Shown here piece after piece: positions 1 to 9,138 of a stretch of 42,920 bases of DNA (positions within the stretch are counted from its first letter, which is position 1; the number at the start of each line of letters is the position of its first letter). Location: positions 1 through 42,920 of the IMG/VR virus record IMGVR_UViG_2541047955_000001; one strand, written 5' to 3'. The translations under genes and the position numbers were made by a program. The DNA comes from a virus (lineage: Duplodnaviria; Heunggongvirae; Uroviricota; Caudoviricetes). The notes below the pieces were generated by a model. The model ran no database searches. It saw only the letters and a list, made by a program, of their open reading frames with translations, and was not told where the DNA came from.

Positions 1-1254
1 ATGCTGGAACAAATGGGCATTGCCGCGAAGCAAGCCTCGTATAAATTAGCGCAACTCTCCAGCCGCGAAAAAAATCGTGTGCTGGAAAAAATCGCCGATG
101 AACTGGAAGCACAAAGCGAAAGTATCCTCAACGCTAACGCGCAGGATGTTGCAGACGCGCGTGCCAATGGCCTTAGCGAAGCGATGCTTGACCGTCTGGC
201 ACTGACGCCCGCACGGCTGAAAGGCATTGCCGACGATGTGCGCCAGGTGTGCAATCTCGCCGATCCGGTGGGGCAGGTAATCGATGGCGGCGTACTGGAC
301 AGCGGCCTGCGTCTGGAGCGCCGTCGCGTGCCGCTGGGGGTGATTGGCGTGATTTATGAAGCGCGCCCGAACGTGACGGTTGATGTTGCTTCCCTGTGCC
401 TGAAAACCGGTAACGCGGTGATCCTGCGCGGCGGCAAAGAAACCTGTCGCACTAACGCTGCAACGGTAGCGGTGATTCAGGACGCCCTGAAATCCTGCGG
501 CTTACCGGCGGGTGCCGTGCAGGCAATTGATAATCCTGACCGTGCGCTGGTCAGTGAAATGCTGCGTATGGATAAATACATCGACATGCTGATCCCGCGC
601 GGTGGGGCTGGTTTGCATAAACTGTGCCGCGAGCAGTCGACAATCCCGGTGATCACAGGCGGTATAGGCGTATGCCATATTTACGTTGATGAAAGCGCAG
701 AGATCGCTGAAGTATTAAAAGTGATCGTCAACGCGAAAACTCAGCGACCAAGCACATGTAATACGGTAGAAACCTTGCTGGTAAATAAAAACATCGCCGA
801 TAGCTTCCTGCCCGCATTAAGCAAGCAAATGGCGGAAAGCGGCGTGACGTTACACGCAGATGCTGCTGCGCTGGCGCAGTTGCAGACAGGCCCCGCGAAG
901 GTGGTGGCGGTTAAAGCCGAAGAGTATGACGATGAGTTTCTGTCATTAGATTTGAACGTCAAAATCGTTAGCGATCTTGACGATGCCATCGCCCATATTC
1001 GTGAACACGGCACGCAACACTCCGATGCGATCCTGACCCGCGATATGCGCAACGCCCAGCGTTTTGTTAACGAAGTGGATTCCTCCGCTGTTTACGTTAA
1101 CGCCTCTACGCGTTTTACCGACGGCGGCCAGTTTGGACTGGGGGCGGAAGTTGCGGTAAGCACACAAAAACTCCACGCGCGCGGCCCAATGGGGCTGGAA
1201 GCACTGACCACTTATAAGTGGATCGGCATTGGTGATTACACCATTCGTGCGTAA
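1..1254 (+). CDS. proA: gamma-glutamyl phosphate reductase
   Basis: 417-aa ORF; sequence matches E. coli ProA as recalled ([30 protein letters not shown]... YTIRA); host chromosomal gene. Confidence 0.97.
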   Translation: MLEQMGIAAKQASYKLAQLSSREKNRVLEKIADELEAQSESILNANAQDVADARANGLSEAMLDRLALTPARLKGIADDVRQVCNLADPVGQVIDGGVLDSGLRLERRRVPLGVIGVIYEARPNVTVDVASLCLKTGNAVILRGGKETCRTNAATVAVIQDALKSCGLPAGAVQAIDNPDRALVSEMLRMDKYIDMLIPRGGAGLHKLCREQSTIPVITGGIGVCHIYVDESAEIAEVLKVIVNAKTQRPSTCNTVETLLVNKNIADSFLPALSKQMAESGVTLHADAAALAQLQTGPAKVVAVKAEEYDDEFLSLDLNVKIVSDLDDAIAHIREHGTQHSDAILTRDMRNAQRFVNEVDSSAVYVNASTRFTDGGQFGLGAEVAVSTQKLHARGPMGLEALTTYKWIGIGDYTIRA

Positions 1255-1368
1255 ATAAAACCGGGTGATGCAAAAGTAGCCATTTGATTCACAAGGCCAT
1301 TGACGCATCGCCCGGTTAGTTTTAACCTTGTCCACCGTGATTCACGTTCGTGAACATGTCCTTTCAGG

Positions 1369-1444
1369 GCCGATATAGCTCAGTTGGTAGAGCAGCGCAT
1401 TCGTAATGCGAAGGTCGTAGGTTCGACTCCTATTATCGGCACCA
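1369..1444 (+). tRNA. thrW: tRNA-Thr (anticodon CGU)
   Basis: 76-nt cloverleaf GCCGATATAGCTCAGTTGGTAGAGCAGCGCATTCGTAATGCG...ATCGGCACCA; anticodon loop TTCGTAA; classic P22 attB tRNA. Confidence 0.93.
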
Positions 1445-1446
1445 TT
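1399..1446. other. attL core (3' part of thrW)
   Basis: attcgtaatgcgaaggtcgtaggttcgactcctattatcggcaccatt repeated at 41423-41470. Confidence 0.85.
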
Positions 1447-1458
1447 TAAATCAATAAG

Positions 1459-2619
1459 TTACCGCACATTTAAGTAAACCACGTTCTCCTCTTGTGCCGT
1501 ATTTGTGCCATTGCGACTTATAATCGCATCGATTTTGCTCGCGTGCTCGGTGAGATGCCCGGCTGAAAGGTGAGCGTATCTTTGAACCATTTCGAGAGTT
1601 TCCCATCCCCCCATCTCTTTAAGTGCAAGAAGAGAGACTCCGGACTGAACCAGCCAGCTTGCCCAGGTGTGTCTCAGGTCATGGAATCGGAAGTTGCTAA
1701 TGCCTGCCCGCTTTAACGCTCCCTTCCATGCTTTGTTGCTATCGGTTCTCATCTTCCTTACCGCAGCTGTTTTTGTTCCGTCGCTTCGGTAGGCAGGTTT
1801 GGTGTGGACAAATACCCATCTCTTATGGAGCCCCTGCTGTTTTCTTAATATCTGGCATGCGGTTTCGTTAAGAGGAACTCCGATCGCATTGCCAGCTTTT
1901 GTTTCATCAGGGTGCATCCATGCCATTTTCTTATCCAGATCGACCTGTGACCACTCAAGGTCTGTAACGTTGGAACGGCGAAGGCCTGTCGTGATTGCAA
2001 ACATGACCACAGGGAAGAAATGAGGAGCAATTTCTGCAAACAGGCGCTTCGATTCCTCCTCTGTAAGCCATCTGATTCGTCCATTCTTAACGCGTGGTGT
2101 TGATATTTTGGGTGCCCTGTCAAGCCATCCCCATTCAACAGCCATATTGAGAATAGCACGAAGTATTGCCAGATGCCGCGTCTTCGTTCCTTTGCTTGCC
2201 AGCTTTGGTTTATACTCCGGCACTGGCTTGCCAAGCCGCAAACACCTGTCCCGGCTCATTTCCCAGTTCAGGCGATGGCGGCGGTTTTCCATCCCGTCTA
2301 CCGCCTCCATTATTTTTTCTGTTGTTATGTCAGAGAGAATGGTTTCTCTGAAGTGCAACATCCAGAACGATATAATGCTCTTGTCATCATCAATGGACTT
2401 CTTATCCGCTTTCTCACGCAGCCACCGTATGCAGGCTTCCTTGAATAGCTTTTTCGGTGATTCCCCGAGATTTTTTACTCTCCACGCTTCTGCTTTCAGA
2501 CGATCGTGAAGTTCTTGCGCTTGCCTTTTGTCCGATGTTTCAAGAGAGCGTCTAACTCTTGATCCATCTGGCGCGACGAAATCGCAGTGCCACGTGCCAC
2601 CGCGTAGTTTGATTGACAT
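1459..2619 (-). CDS. int: tyrosine integrase, P22 Int type
   Basis: 386 aa; C-terminal HDLRHTWASWLVQSGV...YAHL catalytic region; N-terminus resembles P22 Int; adjacent to tRNA 3' end. Confidence 0.95.
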   Translation of the reverse strand: MSIKLRGGTWHCDFVAPDGSRVRRSLETSDKRQAQELHDRLKAEAWRVKNLGESPKKLFKEACIRWLREKADKKSIDDDKSIISFWMLHFRETILSDITTEKIMEAVDGMENRRHRLNWEMSRDRCLRLGKPVPEYKPKLASKGTKTRHLAILRAILNMAVEWGWLDRAPKISTPRVKNGRIRWLTEEESKRLFAEIAPHFFPVVMFAITTGLRRSNVTDLEWSQVDLDKKMAWMHPDETKAGNAIGVPLNETACQILRKQQGLHKRWVFVHTKPAYRSDGTKTAAVRKMRTDSNKAWKGALKRAGISNFRFHDLRHTWASWLVQSGVSLLALKEMGGWETLEMVQRYAHLSAGHLTEHASKIDAIISRNGTNTAQEENVVYLNVR

Positions 2620-2843
2620 GCTTTAACCTCCTGCACATCAACCGCATTCACCGCGCTATTGTGTCTCACAGACTTAAGCGCCGCAATGCAGTCTGACTTG
2701 CAAATGCGATATGGGCTTTTAGGTTTATCTGGATTTATCTTTGCGGCCTGAAGTCGTCCACTTCGTATCCACTGCGTGATAGTTCCTTTGTCTACCTTCA
2801 GATACGACGCTGCCTCTTCACGAGTGAAGATTTCTTCTTCCAC
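2496..2843 (-). CDS. xis: excisionase
   Basis: 115 aa, immediately upstream of and overlapping int; HTH-like N-terminus; size matches P22 Xis. Confidence 0.7.
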   Translation of the reverse strand: MEEEIFTREEAASYLKVDKGTITQWIRSGRLQAAKINPDKPKSPYRICKSDCIAALKSVRHNSAVNAVDVQEVKACQSNYAVARGTAISSRQMDQELDALLKHRTKGKRKNFTIV

Positions 2844-2932
2844 CTGGAGTCTCCATTTATTGAGTTGGTATTATTGCGGTAGGTCTGGATATCTTGAGAA
2901 ATGAACAGTCCTCATCGAGTGTGAGACTGTGG

Positions 2933-3277
2933 TTAGTCCTTGCGTAGTTCGCTAATTCTTCTGTAAGTCTCTGGTGCTTTGTTTCCGTGTATCTTCATTT
3001 CAGACTTCAACAGAGCAACAAGGGAATTCCATTCGTTGAGGATTCCTTTGAATGCCGGAACGCGCTTTGCAACCTTGTCGAATGAATCTCTGATTTCTGG
3101 AATCTGCTCAACAAGTGCAACGCATCGTCGGAAATCGGCTGCGTCATGTGGAGCGCCGAAGTGATGACCATAGATATTCTTTTTCAGTCCACATGCGATT
3201 GAGGCAAGAGTTGCGCTACTGATGCCGACATCGCCAGTCGATTGCCATTTCAAAACCTTCATAGCCAAATCTGACAT
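2933..3277 (-). CDS. hypothetical early-left protein
   Basis: 114-aa ORF in the leftward operon; no recognised motif. Confidence 0.5.
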   Translation of the reverse strand: MSDLAMKVLKWQSTGDVGISSATLASIACGLKKNIYGHHFGAPHDAADFRRCVALVEQIPEIRDSFDKVAKRVPAFKGILNEWNSLVALLKSEMKIHGNKAPETYRRISELRKD

Positions 3278-3289
3278 TTCTTGTCTCCA

Positions 3290-3316
3290 ATAAAAAAACC
3301 GCCATCAGGCGGCTTG
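3290..3316 (-). terminator. intrinsic terminator (minus strand)
   Basis: Minus-strand hairpin GCCGCC-TGAT-GGCGG followed by T6. Confidence 0.6.
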
Positions 3317-3472
3317 GTGTTCTTTCAGTTCTTCAATTCGAATATTGGTTACGTCTGCATGTGCTATCTGCGCCCATATCATCCAGTGGTCATAGCAGTC
3401 GTTGATGTTCTCTGCTTCGATAACTCTGTTAAATGGCTCTCCATTCCATTCACCTGTGACTCGGAAGTGCAT
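3305..3472 (-). CDS. small hypothetical protein (55 aa)
   Basis: Not in ORF track (<60 aa); MHFRVTGEWNGEPF...; GGAGA-type RBS 5 nt upstream; flanked by terminators. Confidence 0.4.
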   Translation of the reverse strand: MHFRVTGEWNGEPFNRVIEAENINDCYDHWMIWAQIAHADVTNIRIEELKEHQAA

Positions 3473-3489
3473 TTATCATCTCCATAAAA

Positions 3490-3545
3490 CAAAACTCGCC
3501 GTAGCGAGTTCAGATAAAAGAAAACCCGCACTCGGCGGGTTCGCA
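3490..3545 (-). terminator. two tandem intrinsic terminators (minus strand)
   Basis: Minus-strand hairpins CCCGC-CGAGT-GCGGG+TTTTCTTTT and CTCGC-TAC-GGCGAG+TTTTGTTTT. Confidence 0.55.
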
Positions 3546-3820
3546 TTCGTTCAAATTGCGTTTACTTCTTGGCGTTCTGCTCATCCATATCGATATACCA
3601 TGGGTTGCTTCCCTTGGGCATGTTTAACGACTGCTCGCGATAGTATCTGATGCGCTCCATGAAATATTCGCGTGAGTGCTCAGGTTGCTATCATGATACC
3701 TGCTCAGTGATAACAGGTATGTTAAGGCGCTCTCTGTACTCCATGCCTGATGCTGCAAGGTCAACGTTTACCTTGTTCTGTTTTTCTTTCGATTTCTCGG
3801 CGATGTTATGCCTGACATTG

Positions 3821-4063
3821 TCAACCCGCCTCCTTCTGAACATAACGGTTATAAATCAGTCCCTGAGGGCCATAAGGAAGCGGGATGTGCAACTCCTCTG
3901 GTTCAGAAACTATCCATTCCCCGGCCATCTCGGCTGGAGAGGTAATGATAAGTTGTTTGCTAATAAAAGGACCACTCCTCTCAACAACAAGCTTACCATC
4001 TTCATTAATAAAAGCTTGGATGTCAGGTGTGCTTCCACACTTGGTGATGCAGCGTTTGAACAT
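3821..4063 (-). CDS. hypothetical protein
   Basis: Track ORF 3821-4105; start placed at internal Met with GGGGGA-type RBS; the overlapping plus-strand ORF looks antisense-like. Confidence 0.4.
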   Translation of the reverse strand: MFKRCITKCGSTPDIQAFINEDGKLVVERSGPFISKQLIITSPAEMAGEWIVSEPEELHIPLPYGPQGLIYNRYVQKEAG

Positions 4064-4189
4064 TTTGTGTCCCCCCATTTTATGTACGGGGTAATTATAA
4101 CACATTGAAATATAGTAATATTTGACGTAGATTTCTTTTGATCTATAAGCGATTTTTTAATGCTTTTAAGTTATAAATACTTGTTTTCA

Positions 4190-4951
4190 TCACCCATCTT
4201 GCTGCGGTGCTACTATTGAAAAGTACTCACACCCTTTAGCCCAAATAGTTTTGATAGTTGTCCAACTGACTGGAACCTTGATTTCGATTCTCCCGCTGCC
4301 GTCACAAGTTTCGCAATCATCATCACCAAAGCATTCCGGGCAGCTTATAAACGTAGTTTCTGAAAATTCACCGGATAGCACACCCTTAGCGCCGTTCTCA
4401 GCGGTTAGTTTCTTCGGCACTATAACCCAACCATCCGGAGTTACCGGAGAGTTGCCATTTATATCGAAGTTTGGCTCTGCGTCCTGAACCAGGAGGATGT
4501 AACCATTCTTGGCAGTATCAAGTTCTAACGCCTCGGTGACGGTGCCGAAATAGCGATTACCTAAATCAGCATCACAAGTGCTTACATCAATGGAAACTTC
4601 CATGCCTTCGATTAATTCTGCCAAGTTGTAAGCTTGGCTTACAGGTTCGGCTTCCAGTTCTGCTATGCGCTTATTTGCTGCTTCCAGCTCATCCAGCAGC
4701 GCCAAGACGGTAGCAGGATTGGCTGCGGCGATGAATTCAGCATTGGCCTGCTGTTCCATTTGGAAATCTTCATCGAAACCGCTTTCAGGATGCGCTCCTT
4801 CAATTCTGCAAATGGGAATATATCCAACAACGTCACGATGAATTAGCGCATCATCACAATCAGATCGGCTCTCTCCATATTCGAGCGACCACACACCACA
4901 CGTTGCTTTCTCTGCCTTTTCACGCAGTGCCTGATAGTCAATCTTGCTCAC
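4190..4951 (-). CDS. Ead/Ea22-like protein
   Basis: 253 aa; central coiled coil LLDELEAANKRIAELEAE typical of Ea22-like proteins; C-terminal CPECFGDDDCETCDGSG Cys motif. Confidence 0.6.
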   Translation of the reverse strand: MSKIDYQALREKAEKATCGVWSLEYGESRSDCDDALIHRDVVGYIPICRIEGAHPESGFDEDFQMEQQANAEFIAAANPATVLALLDELEAANKRIAELEAEPVSQAYNLAELIEGMEVSIDVSTCDADLGNRYFGTVTEALELDTAKNGYILLVQDAEPNFDINGNSPVTPDGWVIVPKKLTAENGAKGVLSGEFSETTFISCPECFGDDDCETCDGSGRIEIKVPVSWTTIKTIWAKGCEYFSIVAPQQDG

Positions 4952-5192
4952 TGGTTGCCTCCTGCTTTTCTGCCTTCAACACCATGCGAGAACCATCATC
5001 CAGCTCCCACGCGATCTCACCACCTTCAGCCATGACCAGTCGCCACACCAATTGAGCAGCCTCATTGGTAACATCACGACCTGGATCATTGCCAACGCGC
5101 ATACGTCCACCTTCAACATCGCGCATTTTTGCCAGCATGATAGTTTTTGATAGCGGTGAAAAACCAAGCTGTAGTCGTGCTGAATTACTCAC
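4938..5192 (-). CDS. hypothetical protein
   Basis: 84-aa track ORF with GTG start overlapping the upstream stop. Confidence 0.4.
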   Translation of the reverse strand: MSNSARLQLGFSPLSKTIMLAKMRDVEGGRMRVGNDPGRDVTNEAAQLVWRLVMAEGGEIAWELDDGSRMVLKAEKQEATSEQD

Positions 5193-5356
5193 TGGTTGCC
5201 TCCTTTACGCCACATCGCATTCAGATATTTGTTTTGATTCACTGATGGAAAAGAATTTCTCTTAAGCAATTCCTCTCTCGATGGCATTGGCTTTACGCGT
5301 TGGCGAATAATCATTTCTGCCGGAAGAATGCCTGGATTGTATGCAAGTCCTCTCAT
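5189..5356 (-). CDS. small hypothetical protein (55 aa)
   Basis: Not in track; [15 protein letters not shown]...; start overlaps the stop of the upstream gene (ATGA). Confidence 0.4.
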   Translation of the reverse strand: MRGLAYNPGILPAEMIIRQRVKPMPSREELLKRNSFPSVNQNKYLNAMWRKGGNQ

Positions 5357-5643
5357 GATTTACTCTCCACTAACTGGTCAATAGCCATGCTAAGTGACAT
5401 ACCTAAAGTTTCGATATGCTGCTGAATATCCTGTAGCGTCTGCGCCTGAGATAACAGGATTTCACGGTTGCATAACTCTTTAACCAGATGCTCAAACTTG
5501 CTGTAATAACCGATACGGCTTAGTGTTTCTTTCCCTGCATTCTCGCCTTCTTTGATAATTCCTCTTTCGCTAAGAATCAGATCGTGTTTTGTTCCGGTAA
5601 TAACGTATTTTCCGAGGTCGATGTTTAGCTTCATTGTTTTCAT
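5353..5643 (-). CDS. hypothetical protein
   Basis: Track ORF 5353-5796; start placed at [10 protein letters not shown] with GAGGA RBS. Confidence 0.5.
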   Translation of the reverse strand: MKTMKLNIDLGKYVITGTKHDLILSERGIIKEGENAGKETLSRIGYYSKFEHLVKELCNREILLSQAQTLQDIQQHIETLGMSLSMAIDQLVESKS

Positions 5644-5653
5644 TGTTAATTCC

Positions 5654-5950
5654 TCAGTCATTACTGATAGCGCCATAGCGTGAGCGGTAATTACGCAGGC
5701 GCGGGTCGATATATTCAGGGAAGTGGGTATATGTGGCTTTGCGGAATGGTCGGATTGATGTCTGGTAAATTCGCTCGCGTTCTTCTTTCTCTGCAAGCCA
5801 TATACAGTGGCGAAATTCCTTTTCCTCTTTCGTTTCCTGCGGTAGAGACATTATCCGGTCGTAGTTTTTTCTGAATTTATCCAGCACCTCCGATACGGAA
5901 TTGCCGGAACATCGGCGTGGGTCATCCTCACCATACAGAGGCGCTGGCAT
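5654..5950 (-). CDS. hypothetical protein
   Basis: 98-aa ORF left of the ssb/erf pair, the position occupied by abc genes in P22. Confidence 0.5.
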   Translation of the reverse strand: MPAPLYGEDDPRRCSGNSVSEVLDKFRKNYDRIMSLPQETKEEKEFRHCIWLAEKEERERIYQTSIRPFRKATYTHFPEYIDPRLRNYRSRYGAISND

Positions 5951-5973
5951 AATGGAATCCTTATTTTTCTATA

Positions 5974-6357
5974 TCAGAATGGGATGGAATCGTCGTATAC
6001 AGGAGTGTTCTGCTGGTTACTACTTTGCTGCTGCGGGCCATTTCCTGAAGCTGTAAATCCAATCTTTGCATTCAGTAATTCAAGAGTAATTGATTGACCA
6101 TTTTGCCCCTGATAAACATCAACCCTGATGTTTTCTCCGGTAATTTCCACAATGCCACCTTCAACAAGAACGCTACGGTGGTAATCCGCTTGCGCTCCTG
6201 GCTTGGCAAATACAACGGCGCTGTAGTTTGTCCATTCTTTCTTTTTTGTCTGGCGATCGTAATACTGAACGCCAGCACGGATGTTGAATCCGATATTTTC
6301 CCCGGCCTGAAACTCTCTTGCGGGCTTGTTTAGTCTTACAGTAATCGAATGTGCCAT
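5974..6357 (-). CDS. phage single-stranded DNA-binding protein-like
   Basis: 127 aa from internal Met; C-terminal acidic tail ...PVYDDSIPF resembles the SSB DDDIPF tail; start overlaps the erf stop (TAATG). Confidence 0.65.
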   Translation of the reverse strand: MAHSITVRLNKPAREFQAGENIGFNIRAGVQYYDRQTKKKEWTNYSAVVFAKPGAQADYHRSVLVEGGIVEITGENIRVDVYQGQNGQSITLELLNAKIGFTASGNGPQQQSSNQQNTPVYDDSIPF

Positions 6358-6962
6358 TAAGCAGCAGCTCCTTCTAATTCGTCTCGTCTGATGTTGTAAA
6401 CGTCCTGCGCTTTGTGCTGCTCCGGTGTGCCTTCGAGCATCTTCCACGCTTTGGCGAACGCCTGTTTAAGCTCTTCCACGGTGTTTTTCTGCAATGCTGC
6501 GTCAGTGAATGCTTTTAGAACCTGTTCAGGTGTAGGTGATAGTTTTGATTGCTTTGCTGCTGCGTTCTGCTGATGTTTATGCTCGTCGGTATCTGCATCT
6601 TTCGCATCATCAATGCCGAACAAACCATTGAGGCAATACTTGCGTGCATAAGAGCTTGTAGCTCCCGTAACTTGTGCAGAATCCATTCCTTTCTTGCTTT
6701 CTTCCTCTCGTGCAAGGGCGGTTGCCGTATGACTGTTTTCGCCATCGGTAATAGTTGCCGTGGCTTTCACGTAATACCGATCACCAATCAACACAACTTC
6801 ATCGCTGATTGATAAAAACAGGCCATTCAGTAACGGCTTAACGCCTTCAAGAATGTCTTCGCAGCTTCTGTATTTATATTTACCGAATGAGTTGTACTGA
6901 TTCTTTGGCGCGTTCAGATTCTCCTGAATAGCTGCCAGTCTTGCGTAAAATTCTTTGCTCAT
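6357..6962 (-). CDS. erf: Erf recombination protein
   Basis: MSKEFYARLAAIQENLNAPKNQYNSFGKYKYRSCEDILEGVKPLL... matches P22 Erf as recalled. Confidence 0.88.
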   Translation of the reverse strand: MSKEFYARLAAIQENLNAPKNQYNSFGKYKYRSCEDILEGVKPLLNGLFLSISDEVVLIGDRYYVKATATITDGENSHTATALAREEESKKGMDSAQVTGATSSYARKYCLNGLFGIDDAKDADTDEHKHQQNAAAKQSKLSPTPEQVLKAFTDAALQKNTVEELKQAFAKAWKMLEGTPEQHKAQDVYNIRRDELEGAAA

Positions 6963-7511
6963 ATGATTGTTCTCAGAATGGACACGGCCCAAGGAAATAA
7001 CGCTGATTTAATACTTCGACTCGGGACAAGTTAAGGCATACCCGCATTCCTTCGCGGTCGCCATTATGTCGATACCAGAGAGCTTTCTGCGTGTACATGC
7101 GCCTCTGTAACTTGCTCTCCTTCACTGTGGTTGCAAGTGACATGAATATCTCCTTCGTTACCGATTAATTCTTTCATCTGACGAATGAATTCTTCGTCTG
7201 ACCAGTTATCTGTAAAACTCATTTCCTGCGATACCATGGAAGGTTGATAGCTAATTTCATCTCTTTATTTGCTTCAAGCCACATTTTGGAATCACCAATA
7301 AATCTGGCTATTACTGCTTTGTTTTGTGCAGCACGAAGTATCTGGTGATTGATGGCTATTTCATTGCGCATAATAAGACCTCAACTCTTTTCCATCCGTC
7401 ACGTAATTTACGGGTGATTCGTTCAAGTAAAGATTCATTTAGTTGGAAGGCACCCATGCGAGCGCCTCCCGCGATTGCGTAAATCATGGGTGGTTCCTTA
7501 TGTTGGTTTTA

Positions 7512-8480
7512 TTAGTAGGTTATTTTTGTTGCGAATACTTCGCCTTTTACGATGGCTGTTATGATATTTTTAGCAACATCTTCTGATGCACCAACCTTGA
7601 TAAGGTCAGCAAGTATTTTGTTATTTACTTCTTTCCGGTGAGCTTTATCCTTTGCTCTACGCTCTTCTTCTTCCTTGATTCTTTTTTCTTCTGCTATTCT
7701 GGCTTGCTCTTTTGCTTCAGCCTCGCGACGGATTCGTTCAGCCTCCTCCTGTGCTTTTCTGCGTTCTGCTTCAATTGCTGCCTGCTTTTCTCTTTCAGCT
7801 CGTTCTGCTGCCTCTTTTGCTTCGCGCTGTGCTCGTTGCTCGGCTTCAATGCGTTCACGCTCTGCACGTTCCGCTGCGGCCTTAGCTTCTGCTTCTCGCC
7901 TTGCTGCTGCTTCAATTTCGGCTTTTGCCTTTGCTTCGGCTTCAGCTCTGGCTTTCTCTTCAGCTTCTCTTTTTAAGCGTTCTTCATGCTCTCGCTTTTC
8001 CTGCTCCGCTTTGAGTCTTGCCTCTTCTCTTTGGCGGTCAAATTCGCGATCCATCAAAATCGCTATTTCATGGTCAGACTCAATTTGCTTTGCGAGAGCT
8101 TCAGCTGCTGCCTTAGCTTCTTCTTCGGCTTTAATCCGCGCCTGTTCTTCCTCATAATCAGTAAGAGGCTGGCGTGCCTTGGCTTTCAGTTCATCAAGGC
8201 GATCGCGCACTGTCTTGCGGTTGGCATCAATTAGCTTTGGAATTTCCTTCAGTTCAGCAACAAGGTCTTTTCCAAGACCATCGAGATATGTTTTCGTCTG
8301 CGCAACTTTATACGCCAGAGAAGCGATCTCCTTTCTGCCCTTTGCCGTTGTGATATCAGGCACAAAGGACATAACTTCACGTTCAACCTTTTGAAGGATT
8401 TCTTCAATCTGGTCGGCAGACTGAAATACAGTCATTGCATTTGCTTTTTCAATAACAACTAAATCTGTTACTTCACTCAT
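7512..8480 (-). CDS. hypothetical coiled-coil protein with Glu/Arg/Ala/Lys-rich low-complexity region
   Basis: Track ORF 7512-8534; start at MSEVTDL with GGAGGA RBS; ~170-aa tract of AEAKAKAEIEAAARREAEAKAAAERAER-type repeats. Confidence 0.6.
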   Translation of the reverse strand: MSEVTDLVVIEKANAMTVFQSADQIEEILQKVEREVMSFVPDITTAKGRKEIASLAYKVAQTKTYLDGLGKDLVAELKEIPKLIDANRKTVRDRLDELKAKARQPLTDYEEEQARIKAEEEAKAAAEALAKQIESDHEIAILMDREFDRQREEARLKAEQEKREHEERLKREAEEKARAEAEAKAKAEIEAAARREAEAKAAAERAERERIEAEQRAQREAKEAAERAEREKQAAIEAERRKAQEEAERIRREAEAKEQARIAEEKRIKEEEERRAKDKAHRKEVNNKILADLIKVGASEDVAKNIITAIVKGEVFATKITY

Positions 8481-8614
8481 ATATCCTCCATCAAAAAAAT
8501 TGCCCTCACATCGGAGGGCAAAGAAGATTTCCAATAATCAGAACAAGTCGGCTCCTGTTTAGTTAAGAGCGACATTGCTCCGTGTATTCACTCGTTGGAA
8601 TGAATACACAGTGC

Positions 8615-8803
8615 TTATTCGTCATGCATTTCAGGTAATTCTTCGTATTCGACTCCCCATACGTTTTTACACCAACTAACTCGCTCATATCTTTTACAAA
8701 AATCAGACCACATAACTTGTGTTCCATCATGGTTTGTTATTATTTCTGTAATATCACCAACACTAACAAAACTGGTATTAGAAGCAGTTATTTTTACTTT
8801 CAT
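8615..8803 (-). CDS. hypothetical protein
   Basis: 62-aa ORF in the leftward early operon. Confidence 0.4.
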   Translation of the reverse strand: MKVKITASNTSFVSVGDITEIITNHDGTQVMWSDFCKRYERVSWCKNVWGVEYEELPEMHDE

Positions 8804-9123
8804 TACTTATCTCCAAGAGCTTTTCTGATTGCTGCAAGACCTTTATTAACAGCTCCATACCATTCTGGATATGTTGTCGTTGTTCTATTTTTGGTTTGCT
8901 TAAGTAGTAACTGAAGTGCTTCGAGAAGGTCAGGCGCTGCCGCTATTAGATTGGCATCTTCAATGCATTGAACTTCCTCACAGATTGCAATATACGAACG
9001 CCAGCCTGTGCCATTTTCAAGAGAGTCTGCCTGGATGATTTTAATCTCATCGCCATCCATCATTATTTCCCACTTACCTTCAGTACCTTTAAATTCCATG
9101 TTAGCCTCTGTTGTTTGTGCCAA
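8803..9123 (-). CDS. hypothetical protein
   Basis: 106-aa ORF, protein-like composition. Confidence 0.5.
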   Translation of the reverse strand: MAQTTEANMEFKGTEGKWEIMMDGDEIKIIQADSLENGTGWRSYIAICEEVQCIEDANLIAAAPDLLEALQLLLKQTKNRTTTTYPEWYGAVNKGLAAIRKALGDK

Positions 9124-9138
9124 AAATAAAGGCCACCA

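Noticed and set aside
741-1335. Minus-strand ORFs inside and just after proA, and similar antisense ORFs within int, terminase, portal and tailspike (e.g. 1845-2234, 21185-21490, 23021-23377, 39030-39434)
   Set aside because: Fully embedded antisense to well-supported genes, with no independent start signals; typical spurious ORFs of GC-rich coding DNA.
3650-4108. 152-aa plus-strand ORF
   Set aside because: Cys/Ser/Leu/Arg-rich antisense-like composition, no RBS, and it overlaps a more protein-like minus-strand ORF in an operon that is uniformly leftward.
7638-8157. Long plus-strand ORFs (112 and 160 aa) rich in Ser/Ala/Cys/Phe/Leu
   Set aside because: They are alternative-frame or antisense readings of the repetitive Glu/Ala/Arg/Lys coding tract of the minus-strand gene 7512-8480; composition is non-protein-like and there is no RBS.
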